The notes: generated by a model not told the origin, from the letters alone. Positions 40,800 to 55,873 are shown, counted from the first letter of the stretch. The stretch: 64,000 nucleotides of DNA from Syntrophorhabdaceae bacterium (GCA_963665295.1 OY762209.1:4224001-4288000); one strand, 5' to 3'. Translations and numbers: made by a program.

Positions 40800-41711
40800 A
40801 TGAATACTCTGTCAAAAACGGCACGGGAACAGCCGTTTTCATATACGTGCAACTGTTGCTCCCACTGTTGCAAGGAAAAGATTATCCGCGTAAACCCTTA
40901 CGAAACGGCTCGTCTTTCTTCGCATCTTCATATAAACACTTCGTATTTCCTGAAGGCATATACGTGGGCGGCCGGCACGATCCTCAAGGTTCCCTACAGG
41001 GGGTATTGCATCTTTCGCAACTATTCCGGTTGTTCCGTTCACGGCGACCGCCCTCTGGTTTGCCGTCTCTACCCTCTGCGACGAAGTATCTCCGATGACG
41101 GTATTGAGAGTTTTGCCCTTCTTGAATTCGAGCCTGGATGTATCGCCTTCCACGGCGATCAGGAGACCATAGCCGATTATCTCTCCGATCAGGGCGCCGG
41201 GGAGTATCTCGAAGCAATGGACCGATATCTCGATCTTACGGATAAGTTCGTGGATACCCTTCATCATATGACAGGAGAGGATCCACGCTTTACCGAAGAA
41301 GTGACGCGCAGCCTCACGGCGCCGTCCGTTACCGGCGAAGAACCCGTGCCCGGATGGCTCGATATGGATCCTGTCAACTCCGGTTACTGCGCACATACGG
41401 GCACCCGACGGCCCAAGTCTCTCCGTGAAAAGATGAATATGCATATTACCGCCATCGAATCCTGGCTGGCGGGCATGAGCGACATCGAGGGCGGGCGCGG
41501 GTCGTTTTGCGGAAATACACGCCTCCTTTCTTCTTTGAAGGGGGGTCCGGCTCACGTCGCCGATAAGCTGATTCGCGTGAAGACCGTAGCAAGGACGCTT
41601 GCCGTTCTCGCATACTCGATTGGGGTCAACCTTGACGAACTGTCAAGAGAGGAGTTTGGAGCAGGAGAAGAGGCGGACACGCACATGCAGCGTTCACGCA
41701 ATAACACGTAA
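40800..41711 (+). CDS. YkgJ-family Cys-cluster (CxxCxxCC) protein
   Basis: FSYTCNCCSHCC, CIF...GCSVHGDRPLVCRLYPL. Confidence 0.8.
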   Translation: MNTLSKTAREQPFSYTCNCCSHCCKEKIIRVNPYETARLSSHLHINTSYFLKAYTWAAGTILKVPYRGYCIFRNYSGCSVHGDRPLVCRLYPLRRSISDDGIESFALLEFEPGCIAFHGDQETIADYLSDQGAGEYLEAMDRYLDLTDKFVDTLHHMTGEDPRFTEEVTRSLTAPSVTGEEPVPGWLDMDPVNSGYCAHTGTRRPKSLREKMNMHITAIESWLAGMSDIEGGRGSFCGNTRLLSSLKGGPAHVADKLIRVKTVARTLAVLAYSIGVNLDELSREEFGAGEEADTHMQRSRNNT

Positions 41712-41968
41712 GACCGGATGACCGCAGCCGGAGTCCGTTACGGGCCACGCGCATGAACGGGCCCTGACCCCATACAGCAGCGCCCACGACAACTGACACG
41801 TTTCCAGGTCGTTCAGCTTCCAAGCCCACTTCTAGCCCACTACACCATAGAGGCAGATGGCCCGATACGTGCCGGCTCCGCGTGGTAAACAGGTTGGCTA
41901 CTGTCACTAAACACGCTGCGGCCCACCGGTTCACCTTTGCCCACCGGCCTCCCGATCGGGTTACTGCC

Positions 41969-42388
41969 TTACAAATGCTGGTGCAGGTCGGTTATCCGTC
42001 CATCCACGAACACCGCCGGTCGTTCGGGATTGCCGTCAATGCCTGGGGAGGTCAGTCTTATTTCTCCTGTTTCCTCTCTCCGGTGAGCGAGTATCACCGC
42101 CCGGATCGACCATGGCGACAAACCCTCTACCAGTTCGTCGCTTTCCACGCCTATACCGCAGCCCCTGCCTACGGCAAGCACACGACGATGCACCGTATGA
42201 CTGTCACTGTCAGTGTAAAGCACCCCGGGTTCGCCCGCGATGCCGAGGCTCATCCCGTATCTCTGTGACCTGAAGGTAATTTGAAACTCTCTCCCGTCTT
42301 CCGTGACCCGGTATGTGCTCGTTACGTCCGAGGCGCCCGGGTCCCCGTTGATTACAGGCACCCCTGTCTTTCTTATTATGATCTCCAT
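41969..42388 (-). CDS. Hypothetical protein
   Basis: RBS AAGGGG before ATG; 139-aa ORF. Confidence 0.6.
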   Translation of the reverse strand: MEIIIRKTGVPVINGDPGASDVTSTYRVTEDGREFQITFRSQRYGMSLGIAGEPGVLYTDSDSHTVHRRVLAVGRGCGIGVESDELVEGLSPWSIRAVILAHRREETGEIRLTSPGIDGNPERPAVFVDGRITDLHQHL

Positions 42389-42743
42389 GCTGACCCCTTT
42401 CCATGAGTGCGTAGCGTAAGTTTATAATATTATACCTTACAGTCTTGGCCCGATGGCAAGTGAAGTCTCCCTTTTCTTTCGCGGCACGGGCCGCCTCGTC
42501 CGACCCGCGCCCGATTCTTGCTGCTGTCCTGCTCCCCATGCCTCCCGAAAGAGAGAAGCCCCCCATTCTACGCCTCTTCTTTCCCCGTGGAGCTTGACTA
42601 ATCACCTCTTGACGCTATAATGGATAGTGGATATAGGATTGATAAACGCTTTCCCACACGGCCGTGCCGTTTGTTTCTACCGACGAATGCGGGAAAGCGG
42701 GAGACGGCCCATTTTGCACGTCACAATCAAAAGGGGGTTGGAT

Positions 42744-42998
42744 ATGATAACCAAAGCGCATCCAAGAGGACCTAAGGTCGTTAAGGATCTGGCTGCGGAG
42801 CGACTGGACAAGGCATTCAGGACTTCCCTTCTGAAGACTGAGGATCTGGCAAAAAAGAGGATTCTCCAGGCTCGCGATCCTTTTCGCACGGGCCTGACCC
42901 TTGCCAGAGAAATCCGCAGGGTTGCCGACGGTATTGATGCCGACGTGATCGCTCAAGGGATTGACGTCACGGAAGCAGGCATCGTCCCGGAAAGATAG
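42744..42998 (+). CDS. Small hypothetical protein
   Basis: AAGGGGG RBS then MITKAHPRG...; helical-looking sequence. Confidence 0.5.
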   Translation: MITKAHPRGPKVVKDLAAERLDKAFRTSLLKTEDLAKKRILQARDPFRTGLTLAREIRRVADGIDADVIAQGIDVTEAGIVPER

Positions 42999-43188
42999 CC
43001 CGGTAACGCACCGGCAAGGACGGCAAACAACGAAAGATTCCCCGGAGGCAGGGGAGATTTTGCCCACCGTCCCGGCACAGGCATCGAGTCCTATCGAGCC
43101 AAAACAATAGTGTCCGGGCGTGAACTATCCCCTTCCGTCTGAAGCAGCGTCTCTAACCCTAACACGTTTGCCGACAGGGAGAAGAAAC

Positions 43189-43698
43189 GTGATTATTGAG
43201 CTTAACGGCAAGAAGCCGAGAGTGCACCCGACTGTTTTTATTGCCGCGAACGCCATGGTTATCGGCGACGTGGATTTAGAACCAGACGCAAACGTCTGGT
43301 TCCAGAGCATTGTTCGGGGGGATACAAATTACATCCGGATCGGGTCAAACTGCAATATCCAGGACGGTTGCATCCTCCACGTGGTAAAAGACCTCCATCC
43401 CCTGATTCTGGAAGACGGGGTCGTGCTCGGTCATCGCGTGGTAGCCCATGGGTGCCGGATCGGCCGGGGATCGCTCATCGGGATCGGAGCCGTGGTGTTG
43501 AATGGTGCGGAAATAGGAGCGGAATCGATCATCGGTGCGGGATCGGTCGTAGCTCCGGGAACGATTATCCCACCAAGGACCCTTTCCATTGGCGTTCCGG
43601 CTAAAGTGGTCCGCTCCCTTGGCGACGACGATATCCGTATGATCCAGGGAACCTGTGAGGAATATCTTGAGTTGAAAGAACTCTACAGACAGTTCTGA
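43189..43698 (+). CDS. Gamma carbonic anhydrase family protein (YrdA-like)
   Basis: IGDV, VRGD, NIQDGCILH, GH...HGC and hexapeptide repeats. Confidence 0.9.
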   Translation: MIIELNGKKPRVHPTVFIAANAMVIGDVDLEPDANVWFQSIVRGDTNYIRIGSNCNIQDGCILHVVKDLHPLILEDGVVLGHRVVAHGCRIGRGSLIGIGAVVLNGAEIGAESIIGAGSVVAPGTIIPPRTLSIGVPAKVVRSLGDDDIRMIQGTCEEYLELKELYRQF

Positions 43699-43829
43699 TA
43701 AATAATAAACTTCTTGACAACCTTTGCCGATAACGGGAAAATGAAGGTACAACACTCGGGGATCAGCCTGATGCCGACGATCGACCCTCTGCAGACGGAA
43801 TGCATCAACCACCTTAAAAGGAGCCTCTT

Positions 43830-45071
43830 CTGAGAATATCAGCCATTAAAATCTCCTTTCTATCATGGGCTCTTTTCTTCATTTCGGCCTTCCTCACCTT
43901 CTTTCCCTCCCCGTCCGTGCGCGCCTTTGTCACACCTGTCGATGAAAATTGGGACGAGGAAACGGAAATCGAGGAATCCATCGAATTCGCCCCTTCATCC
44001 AACGTGCGCGATTTCATCACTTTCGATGTATTTGAAGATATTGCAAGAGCAAGGGCCCTCCTGGAAGGAAAGAAGTGCGGATTTCAGGTGGTAAAAGTAA
44101 GGACAAAAACAAAATCGCAAAAAAAGAAGGGGAAAAAGAAGGTAAAGTGGGGTGAGAGGAACGAACTTGGGGAATTCTCCATACTTCTCGCTATAGAAGA
44201 CGTGAAAACCAGGGAAATTCAGGTGGTCAGGGTGCATCCGAAGCTTGGCGCGAGATCGGACGGCGTAGTTGTGGAGCCGGGTAAGTCGAACGGTGTCAAC
44301 ACGAAATTCGTTATTACATACCCGGAGCACCATATCGTACTTGCGATCAAAAGGCCGGTACGCAGCGGAACATCGTTCAAGGAAGTCGTCTATACCCCGT
44401 ATTCCGACGATCTGGATATCCCTGAGGTCAGAAACGCGGGTCTGGAGTACCTGAGGAATGTCCTCGGTGCAGCGAAAAGCGATCTTTACAATAGAAAAGT
44501 TCGCCCCTTATCATGCAATGATTTTATTGCAGACGACGTCTCGCTTGCCCTGGCGATCATCGAACATATCGACCCTCTCAAATTTGAGAGCGGGAAATAC
44601 AGCGCGGAAAAGCTCATTCACGAGACGCTGGTCATTATGGGGACAAATAGACAGAACGCCTACCGCTATTCTGCATCGAAGGCAGGGGCACGAGGCCTTT
44701 TCCAGTTCATCCCCAATACATACAAGAGGATAGTCCGTCTCTATCCAGAAGCCGGCCTGGACCCGGACTTCATCCGGGGCATGGAGGACCACAGAAACGC
44801 GGCAAAAGCATCCTTCCTTCTCTTTGATGCGGACATGCGCGCTCTGGGCAACGGAAAGAAAGAGCGGATCATGGCCGATCCACTCGCCCTGGGAAGGTTC
44901 CTTGCCTCCGCGTATAACTGCGGTTCCGGCAAAACAAAAGGGGCCATGGACAGATACGGGGGAAACTGGTCTTCCGGCGTCCCTTCGGAGACCCGGATTT
45001 ACCTCAAGAAGTACAACGCGGTGTGGGATTGGCTCCACCTCCAGCAGCAGGCAAACAGGTCTATCCCGTAA
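43830..45071 (+). CDS. Exported protein with C-terminal SLT-type transglycosylase domain; probable CTG start
   Basis: SKAGARGLFQF, AYNCG, ETRIYLKK; a signal-like hydrophobic stretch lies in frame upstream of the track's GTG 43917; AAGGAG precedes CTG 43830. Confidence 0.75.
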   Translation: MRISAIKISFLSWALFFISAFLTFFPSPSVRAFVTPVDENWDEETEIEESIEFAPSSNVRDFITFDVFEDIARARALLEGKKCGFQVVKVRTKTKSQKKKGKKKVKWGERNELGEFSILLAIEDVKTREIQVVRVHPKLGARSDGVVVEPGKSNGVNTKFVITYPEHHIVLAIKRPVRSGTSFKEVVYTPYSDDLDIPEVRNAGLEYLRNVLGAAKSDLYNRKVRPLSCNDFIADDVSLALAIIEHIDPLKFESGKYSAEKLIHETLVIMGTNRQNAYRYSASKAGARGLFQFIPNTYKRIVRLYPEAGLDPDFIRGMEDHRNAAKASFLLFDADMRALGNGKKERIMADPLALGRFLASAYNCGSGKTKGAMDRYGGNWSSGVPSETRIYLKKYNAVWDWLHLQQQANRSIP

Positions 45072-45379
45072 ACGGATTCGCGCCATCCCTTAGTTGCTGA
45101 ATGATTACTTATCTTCTGCGTTTCCCTTCATATCCCGCCTGCTTCAGGGCAGCGAGACAGCAAGGACGACCATAAAAAGGATTGCGCACCGAATCATTGG
45201 ACCGGCTATCGGCAACCTACTATAACCTTTTCTTCCATTCACATGTAATTTCTCAAAGAGGACTCTCGGCACGCTAAGAAACTCCGCCAAAAGCCCCCCA
45301 ACTTTCCATACTCTTGTTTCTGCTGCCCGGATAGCCGGCAGGGACCCGCGACGGTCCGAGGACGAACCGGGCGATTAAG

Positions 45380-45490
45380 AAAAAGGGCGGGTTTACTTTA
45401 TAGCCATAGAGAGGAACAGAAGAACCGAAGCTTTTCAGGTCTCTATGCTACTTGGCGCCAACCCGCCCTTTTTATCACACATTATAATCT
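45380..45490 (-). ncRNA. Candidate small structured RNA
   Basis: 14-bp perfect outer stem, 11-bp inner stem with one bulge, apical cUUCGg; promoter TTGACA-N16-TAAAAT upstream; U-run at the 3' end. Confidence 0.4.
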
Positions 45491-45738
45491 TTCTCTATTT
45501 TAAGACTTAACGACACTTTGTCAAGTAGCCCTGTGAAAGATTGCGCAACAAATTTCTCCTTTTTAACCCATCTCTCCCAGGACCCTGCATAAACTACTTG
45601 ACAATCTTCCATGATAACAGGAGAATGCTCATGAGGGTTTTGCGATACATGCAGATTCCCGGTATACAACCCGGAGTCCTCATGCCACAAGCCCGATATC
45701 GACAAGCCGGGGGTATCCCTCAGATAAAGGAGCGGGTC

Positions 45739-46554
45739 ATGCCATTTGAAACGATAAATAACCTCAAAGTCTATTACGAAGTCCATGGGGAAGGCGAGAC
45801 TATCATGCTTCTCCACCACGGTTTTGGCTGCATGAAAATATGGAAGACCATCTATCCCGCCTTTTTGGCCCAAGGCTACAAGGTTGTCATGTTCGACCGT
45901 CGGGGCTTCGGCCGATCGGAGGGTGGAGATGATTTCCAGGAGTTCTACGAAAGTGACCGTTACCGGCCTGAAAGTGTGGAGGAACTGCGGACCATAAAGG
46001 AACACCTCGGCATCACGGAATGCCATATTGTGGGACAGTGCGAGGGCGGCGTCGTGGGGGTTGACTACTCCGTCAAATATCCCGGAGAGATCAAAACCCT
46101 CACCGTGGGAAGCACGCAATGCTATAGCGAAATCACCACGGCGGAACTCAATCGTCTCAGACTTGTGACCAGATTCACTGACCTTACGCCCGACTTGCAG
46201 GCCAAGATGACTGAGTGGCATGGGGAAACAGCCGAGGAGAAGTACAACCAGTTCGCAAAATATGGCGGTGCTTACGGCGTGGACTACTTCGATCTCCGTC
46301 CCGTTCTGCCCTTTGTCCCCTGCCCCACCCTTGTGATCTATCCCGACCGCAGCTCGATCTTCGATGTAGAGCAATCGGTCGCCTTCTACCGGCACCTTTC
46401 TAAAGGAGAACTGGCGGTGTTTCCTAAATGCGGACATAACACCTACGATCAACGGTCCGAGGACTATATCCGCACCGTCCTCGCGTTCCTCGGCCGGAAT
46501 GCAAAAGGTGCGGATTCAAGGGCCGAACGGCCGGCCATGACATGTCTCGCATGA
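45739..46554 (+). CDS. Alpha/beta hydrolase with Cys at the nucleophile elbow
   Basis: LLHHGFG, FDRRGFGRS, GQCEGG, KCGH; RBS AAGGAG. Confidence 0.88.
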   Translation: MPFETINNLKVYYEVHGEGETIMLLHHGFGCMKIWKTIYPAFLAQGYKVVMFDRRGFGRSEGGDDFQEFYESDRYRPESVEELRTIKEHLGITECHIVGQCEGGVVGVDYSVKYPGEIKTLTVGSTQCYSEITTAELNRLRLVTRFTDLTPDLQAKMTEWHGETAEEKYNQFAKYGGAYGVDYFDLRPVLPFVPCPTLVIYPDRSSIFDVEQSVAFYRHLSKGELAVFPKCGHNTYDQRSEDYIRTVLAFLGRNAKGADSRAERPAMTCLA

Positions 46555-46573
46555 GAAGTGCAGACAGGACGGC

Positions 46574-46990
46574 CTAGCCGGCGTTGGTCTTCACCACGTA
46601 AGAGCCTTCGAATGTGGCGCACAGAGAGCCATTCAGCGCATCGGCTATCTCCACCTTCACCCGCACCTTGAAATTTCCCTTCGTCGTCGCCACGAAGTCC
46701 TCCATTATCGCGCTCTTCGCCGTCAGGTCTGCCAAGCCCGGCCGGTGATAGGCGATATTCGAGAAGACGAGAAAAAGGTCTCCCGACAACGAAAGAGCCC
46801 GTTGCCTATCACACGCGGTTTCATATCCCGACAGAGCCGCCAGGCAGAAGATGGAACCTGCAAAAACGGTTTCCTTATCGTTCGTATTCCTTACAAATGG
46901 AATACACAGACTGCCCGACTCGTCGGTCGCACGCTCTATTCCAAGACTGGCCGCAGGTAACACCGAAGCAAGATCCATCATTATCTCCAC
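46574..46990 (-). CDS. Hotdog-fold thioesterase (YiiD C-terminal-like)
   Basis: NTNDKETVFAGSIFCLA, CATFEGSYV. Confidence 0.75.
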   Translation of the reverse strand: MEIMMDLASVLPAASLGIERATDESGSLCIPFVRNTNDKETVFAGSIFCLAALSGYETACDRQRALSLSGDLFLVFSNIAYHRPGLADLTAKSAIMEDFVATTKGNFKVRVKVEIADALNGSLCATFEGSYVVKTNAG

Positions 46991-47071
46991 CCCATATTCC
47001 TTCCATATCTACGTAACGCCGAATGACCCATCTCGCCGTTTATCTCCCCACCCTCCCGGGCGCACACAACA

Positions 47072-47103
47072 AAAGACCCAAGGAATTTCTTCCTTGGGTC
47101 TTT
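47072..47103 (-). terminator. rRNA operon terminator
   Basis: AAAGACCCAAGGAA-tttc-TTCCTTGGGTCTTT downstream of 5S. Confidence 0.8.
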
Positions 47104-47112
47104 ACAATTTAA

Positions 47113-47230
47113 TCCCGGCAACTACCTACTTTCCCACAGAGTCCCCCCTGCAGTATCATCGGCGTAACAGAGCTTAACTACCGTGTTCGGGATGGGAACG
47201 GGTGTTGCCTCTGTGCTATGGTCACCGGGA
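47113..47230 (-). rRNA. rrf: 5S rRNA
   Basis: Reverse complement contains CCCGTTCCCATCCCGAACAC and GGGAAAGTAGG. Confidence 0.95.
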
Positions 47231-47284
47231 AACTTATATTCCCAAACTTTTTTGACAACCATATATGTTTAATTTTTTGATTTA

Positions 47285-50295
<3,011 letters not shown>

Positions 50296-50347
50296 TAAAT
50301 CAAAAATCTTAAACATATATAGTTGTCAAAGAACATTCGAAACGTGC

Positions 50348-50423
50348 TGGTGGAGGTGAACGGGATTGAACCGATGACCTCCTGCGTGCAAGGCAGGCGC
50401 TCTCCCATCTGAGCTACACCCCC
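50348..50423 (-). tRNA. tRNA-Ala(TGC)
   Basis: GGGGGTGTAGCTCAG...TTGCAC...CCACCA in the 16S-23S spacer. Confidence 0.96.
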
Positions 50424-50498
50424 AACTATCTCTCCAGAAATAGTGTACGCCCTCGGCAGGACCCTTAAGGCCTTCAGCCGGGGACTCATGACTACTCA

Positions 50499-50575
50499 TG
50501 GTGGGCCTAGATAGACTTGAACTATCGACCTCACGCTTATCAGGCGTGCGCTCTAGCCACCTGAGCTATAGGCCC
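50499..50575 (-). tRNA. tRNA-Ile(GAT)
   Basis: GGGCCTATAGCTCAG...CTGATAA...CCCACCA in the spacer. Confidence 0.96.
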
Positions 50576-50623
50576 CAGGTTAATTTCAAAATATTCAAAT
50601 AGTAGGCCCTCGTTCTAAGTTCT

Positions 50624-52188
<1,565 letters not shown>

Positions 52189-52285
52189 AACTGTCAAAAA
52201 TTGTTCAAATTTCATACTTGAACGAGGACCTACTATTTTCTTTTCAAAGAACAATTGCTAAATGCTCAACCTTGAAGCAGTATTA

Positions 52286-52313
52286 AGTATACTTATTTTT
52301 CAGACGTTGTCAA
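52286..52313 (-). promoter_or_regulatory. rRNA operon promoter
   Basis: TTGACA-N16-TATACT on the minus strand upstream of 16S. Confidence 0.75.
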
Positions 52314-52662
52314 GGAATATTCAGGCACAATAACGTTATTTTTACAGTCACCCGCCGTCCTTCCCTATTTACCTCTGTGCGCCCATAAACCGGCTCGTCT
52401 CGCCCGGATTTTACGGCCCTCTTCCAGGCCCAATCCTATCTGCCTCCCCTATGTTTTTCTCAGGTTGTCGCAGCGCAACGCTTCTTCCAAAAGGATCGTG
52501 GTCTCCGGTCGGGTGTCCCTCTCCCCCTTCCGAAAGTCCCCGGGTATCTCAACCGGCCCCCCCCCTATATCCATCGCATACACACCCATTCCTTCCAGAT
52601 GACTATGGGGCTTCGAATCCGTTGCCTTCTCGCCCGTGAAGCGCGCCCTGCCGGGCGTACAT

Positions 52663-52696
52663 AAAAAAAGCGGGCAGCCCAGGGGCCTGCCCGCTT
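52663..52696 (-). terminator. Intrinsic terminator after the substrate-binding protein gene
   Basis: AAGCGGGCAG...CTGCCCGCTT stem followed by a T-run on the minus strand. Confidence 0.75.
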
Positions 52697-52714
52697 CAAC
52701 AGGGTCTTTAAGGT

Positions 52715-53932
52715 TTACTTCCTGAGCTTCAGCATCTCGTCGCACGTAGGCAGATAATCCTTGCCGGGGATGGTGACAATGTCCGCCCCTATGAGAAAAT
52801 CATAACCCGGGACCTTTTTCGTGACCCCGTAGTACATGGGGAGGGTCACCTGGTGGTCGCAGGCGCGCATTTCGAGCTTCCCTATGGGGCTTTCTACGGT
52901 GAGGCCCTCAAGAGCATCGATGAACTTCTCCGTGTTGATTGAGCCTGCCTTCTGGTAGGCCTTGGCGATGAAGGCCCCTGCCGCATAGCCGTAGAGGGCC
53001 GTTGAGCCGGGGTATCTCTTGTAGGCCCGCCTGAACTCCTGAGTGAAGGCCTTGTTCTCCGGGGTATTGGGGAAGTAGAAGTGGTAGGAAGAGCTTCCCA
53101 TTATCCCTTCAGGGGCCTCGAACCCGAGGGGGGCGAGGGCGATGGTGTCCGTGGCATAGTGCTGGTAGATGGGGAGTTTCTTTTCAAGGCCCATGGCCTT
53201 TACAGCCTTCAGGAAGTTGACCACCCCTCCGCCTCCGGCTGCGCTTATGAGGCAGTCGGGCTTGGCCTGGAGGATGGGGCTTAAGTACGGGGCAAGGTCG
53301 GTCTCCCCTACCTTCCTCCACGACTGCCCCAGGAGCTGGACATTGGGCTTGATGGCCTTAAGGTGGGTCCATATCGCGTCGGCGCATGCGTGGCCGAACT
53401 CATAGTCCTCTCCGGCGATCCAATATTTCACGTAGGGCTTCTTCGCGAGGGCGATGGCGGTTGCCCGTCCTATCATGGCGGTATTCTCGTTTGCGTTGAA
53501 TACATAGCGGTGGCCCTTCTCACCCACGATCTTGTCGCTCTTCGCGTCGGTTACGATGAAGGGGATCTTCTCCTTCCGGGCGAAGTCCGATACGGCAAGG
53601 GCGCCTCCGCTGTTGGTGGAGCCCATGAGGACATTGACCTTCTCCCTCATGACGAGGTCCTTGGCCATGGCAAGGGCGATATCGGGTTTGAACTTGTCGT
53701 CTCTGACCACGAATTCGATCTTCCTCCCCAATACGCCTCCCCTGGCGTTCACCTCGCCTATGGCGAGCTTGAACCCGTCGAGGACATCCTGGGTATAGGT
53801 GGTGGCAGGTCCTGTATAGGTGTCTATAATACCGACTTTGATAGGCTCGGCAGCGTGAGCCGGGGTGTTGAAAAGATGGGCGACGGTAAGGACGAGGGCC
53901 AAAATGAGGATACCTGAGAAAAGTTTTTTCAT
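52715..53932 (-). CDS. ABC substrate-binding protein, LivJ/K (branched-chain or aromatic acid) type, orphan
   Basis: Signal peptide ending AHA; IKVGII, GGVLGRKIE, RDDKFKP, DYEFGH. Confidence 0.9.
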   Translation of the reverse strand: MKKLFSGILILALVLTVAHLFNTPAHAAEPIKVGIIDTYTGPATTYTQDVLDGFKLAIGEVNARGGVLGRKIEFVVRDDKFKPDIALAMAKDLVMREKVNVLMGSTNSGGALAVSDFARKEKIPFIVTDAKSDKIVGEKGHRYVFNANENTAMIGRATAIALAKKPYVKYWIAGEDYEFGHACADAIWTHLKAIKPNVQLLGQSWRKVGETDLAPYLSPILQAKPDCLISAAGGGGVVNFLKAVKAMGLEKKLPIYQHYATDTIALAPLGFEAPEGIMGSSSYHFYFPNTPENKAFTQEFRRAYKRYPGSTALYGYAAGAFIAKAYQKAGSINTEKFIDALEGLTVESPIGKLEMRACDHQVTLPMYYGVTKKVPGYDFLIGADIVTIPGKDYLPTCDEMLKLRK

Positions 53933-54043
53933 AAATCCCCCTTTGCGGTTTAATTGAGCACGATCTTCGGGCGGTGCACCACGATGTACTACTCTAGTAT
54001 TCCTACTATATCCGACGGCTATTGTCACCAATAATCTCCTGTT

Positions 54044-55102
54044 TCAGAGGCTTTGGTTCGCGATACTCCGCCAGTCTGTAACCACGGGGTCATAGCCTTT
54101 ACTTATCAACACAGACTTGATCTCGGCAAGGCTTCGCTGGTCATGGACCTCGAACTGGCCGTCCCGCTGCTCCTCCTCACGGCCTGCGTAGCCGCCTACG
54201 CTCGTAAGAGAACCTGCGGACATCTTGGTGATGCCGAAGTCGATGATCCGATCCCTGAATCCGGCATCTTCCCGCGTTGAAAGGTTGACGCCTGCCCTGG
54301 GAAAGAGCAGCCGCCCCGCGCAGATAATCTTCACCATATCCCGGTCGGTCACATGAGAGTAATGCCGGTTGTCATTGGCCACGGGACGTAATCGCGGGTA
54401 TGAAAGAGTATATTCCACTCCCGGGTATTTCTTCTCCAGGTAACGAACATGCCTGAAAAGTTGGGGCACTTCCTCACGCCAGTCTGCGAGTCCAAGGAGG
54501 GCGCCCATAGATATATGTCTGAAGCCTGCCCGGGCTATCCTCTCGGGAGCCTCATACCGATAGTCGTAAACCTTCTTGGGTCCCGCCAGATGGAGCTCGT
54601 CGTATCTCTTTCTATCGTAGGTTTCCTGAAACAGGGTCACACCGTCCGCGCCGGCAAGATAAAGCTCCCGGTATTCCCCGGTTTCCAGGGGATATACTTC
54701 AAGGGCTACATTCGGAAAATGCTTGCAAGCTATGGAAACCGCTTCCCTGATGTACGATGGGGGAGAATGAAAGCGCGATTCTCCTGTAAGCATGAGGCAA
54801 CTACGGATGCCTGTGGCGGCCAGGGCCTCGCATTCCCTATCGATCTCGGCAAAAGAGAGTTTCTTTCTTGCCACACGGGTATTTGCCGCCTCGAACCCGC
54901 AGTATGCGCACCGGTTCTGGCAGTAATTGGATATATAAAGGGGAGCGTAGAGACTGATTGCCTTGCCGAAAGACTGTCTGCTCAAGGCCTGTGCGGCTTG
55001 GGCCAGATCTTCGAGAAGTCCTCTGTCCTCGGCGTTGAAGACATAGTCGAGGTCATCGATGCTCAGCCGTGACGGATTGATATTCGGGGTCCTGTTATTC
55101 AT
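54044..55102 (-). CDS. thiH: 2-iminoacetate synthase (radical SAM)
   Basis: [39 protein letters not shown]. Confidence 0.92.
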   Translation of the reverse strand: MNNRTPNINPSRLSIDDLDYVFNAEDRGLLEDLAQAAQALSRQSFGKAISLYAPLYISNYCQNRCAYCGFEAANTRVARKKLSFAEIDRECEALAATGIRSCLMLTGESRFHSPPSYIREAVSIACKHFPNVALEVYPLETGEYRELYLAGADGVTLFQETYDRKRYDELHLAGPKKVYDYRYEAPERIARAGFRHISMGALLGLADWREEVPQLFRHVRYLEKKYPGVEYTLSYPRLRPVANDNRHYSHVTDRDMVKIICAGRLLFPRAGVNLSTREDAGFRDRIIDFGITKMSAGSLTSVGGYAGREEEQRDGQFEVHDQRSLAEIKSVLISKGYDPVVTDWRSIANQSL

Positions 55103-55871
55103 CGTAGAGAAACCCGGTCAACGGAGACGATGCACGTGCCGCGGGCCGTTCCCGTGCCGCCCCCGCGAGATACGCCATCCTTCCCGCCTCTATACCTTTT
55201 GCAAAAGCAACCGCCATTGCAGTGGGATCGCCGGCTATTGCCACCGCGGTGTTGACGAGTACGGCGTCCGCCCCTATCTCCATGGCTTCCGCTGCCTGAG
55301 AAGGAAGTCCGATCCCTGCATCCACTATTACCGGCACTTCATCTATCTCTTCAATGAGCACCTCTATGAGGGTCCTCATCTTCAGCCCCTGGTTGGACCC
55401 GATCAGCGATCCCAACGGCATGACCGCGGCGGCGCCCGCTTTGACAAGGGCCTTGGCGGCATACAGGTCCGGCTGCATGTAGGGAAGCACCACAAAACCC
55501 TCCGCTGAGAGGGTCTCCGTAGCCTTTATCGTCTCAAGATTGTCGGGCAGCAGATACCGGCTGTCGTTGATTACCTCTATTTTTACCCAGTTGCCATATC
55601 CCGCTTCCCTTGCAATGCGAGCGATACGCACAGCCTCCGAGGCGTTCCTGGCTCCCGACGTGTTCACCAGGAGGGTTATATCCTTGGGGATAAACGAAAC
55701 GATGTTTTCGTCCGATTCTTCCAGGTCGATGCGACGCAAGGCCACGGTCACCACCTGCGTCCCTGACTGGACTATAACCTGTTTCATCGTCTCTTTGCTC
55801 TCGAATTTTCCCGTTCCCAAAAGGAACCGGCTCCTCAACTCCTTGCCGCCAATTCTCAATGCATCTTCCAT
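55095..55871 (-). CDS. thiG: Thiazole synthase
   Basis: [35 protein letters not shown]. Confidence 0.96.
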   Translation of the reverse strand: MEDALRIGGKELRSRFLLGTGKFESKETMKQVIVQSGTQVVTVALRRIDLEESDENIVSFIPKDITLLVNTSGARNASEAVRIARIAREAGYGNWVKIEVINDSRYLLPDNLETIKATETLSAEGFVVLPYMQPDLYAAKALVKAGAAAVMPLGSLIGSNQGLKMRTLIEVLIEEIDEVPVIVDAGIGLPSQAAEAMEIGADAVLVNTAVAIAGDPTAMAVAFAKGIEAGRMAYLAGAARERPAARASSPLTGFLYDE

Positions 55872-55873
55872 TC

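Noticed and set aside
45408..45440. GAGAG...CCGAAG...CTTTTCAGG resembling glycine riboswitch motifs on the plus strand
   Set aside because: No room for the P2/P3 helices; better explained by the minus-strand UUCG hairpin
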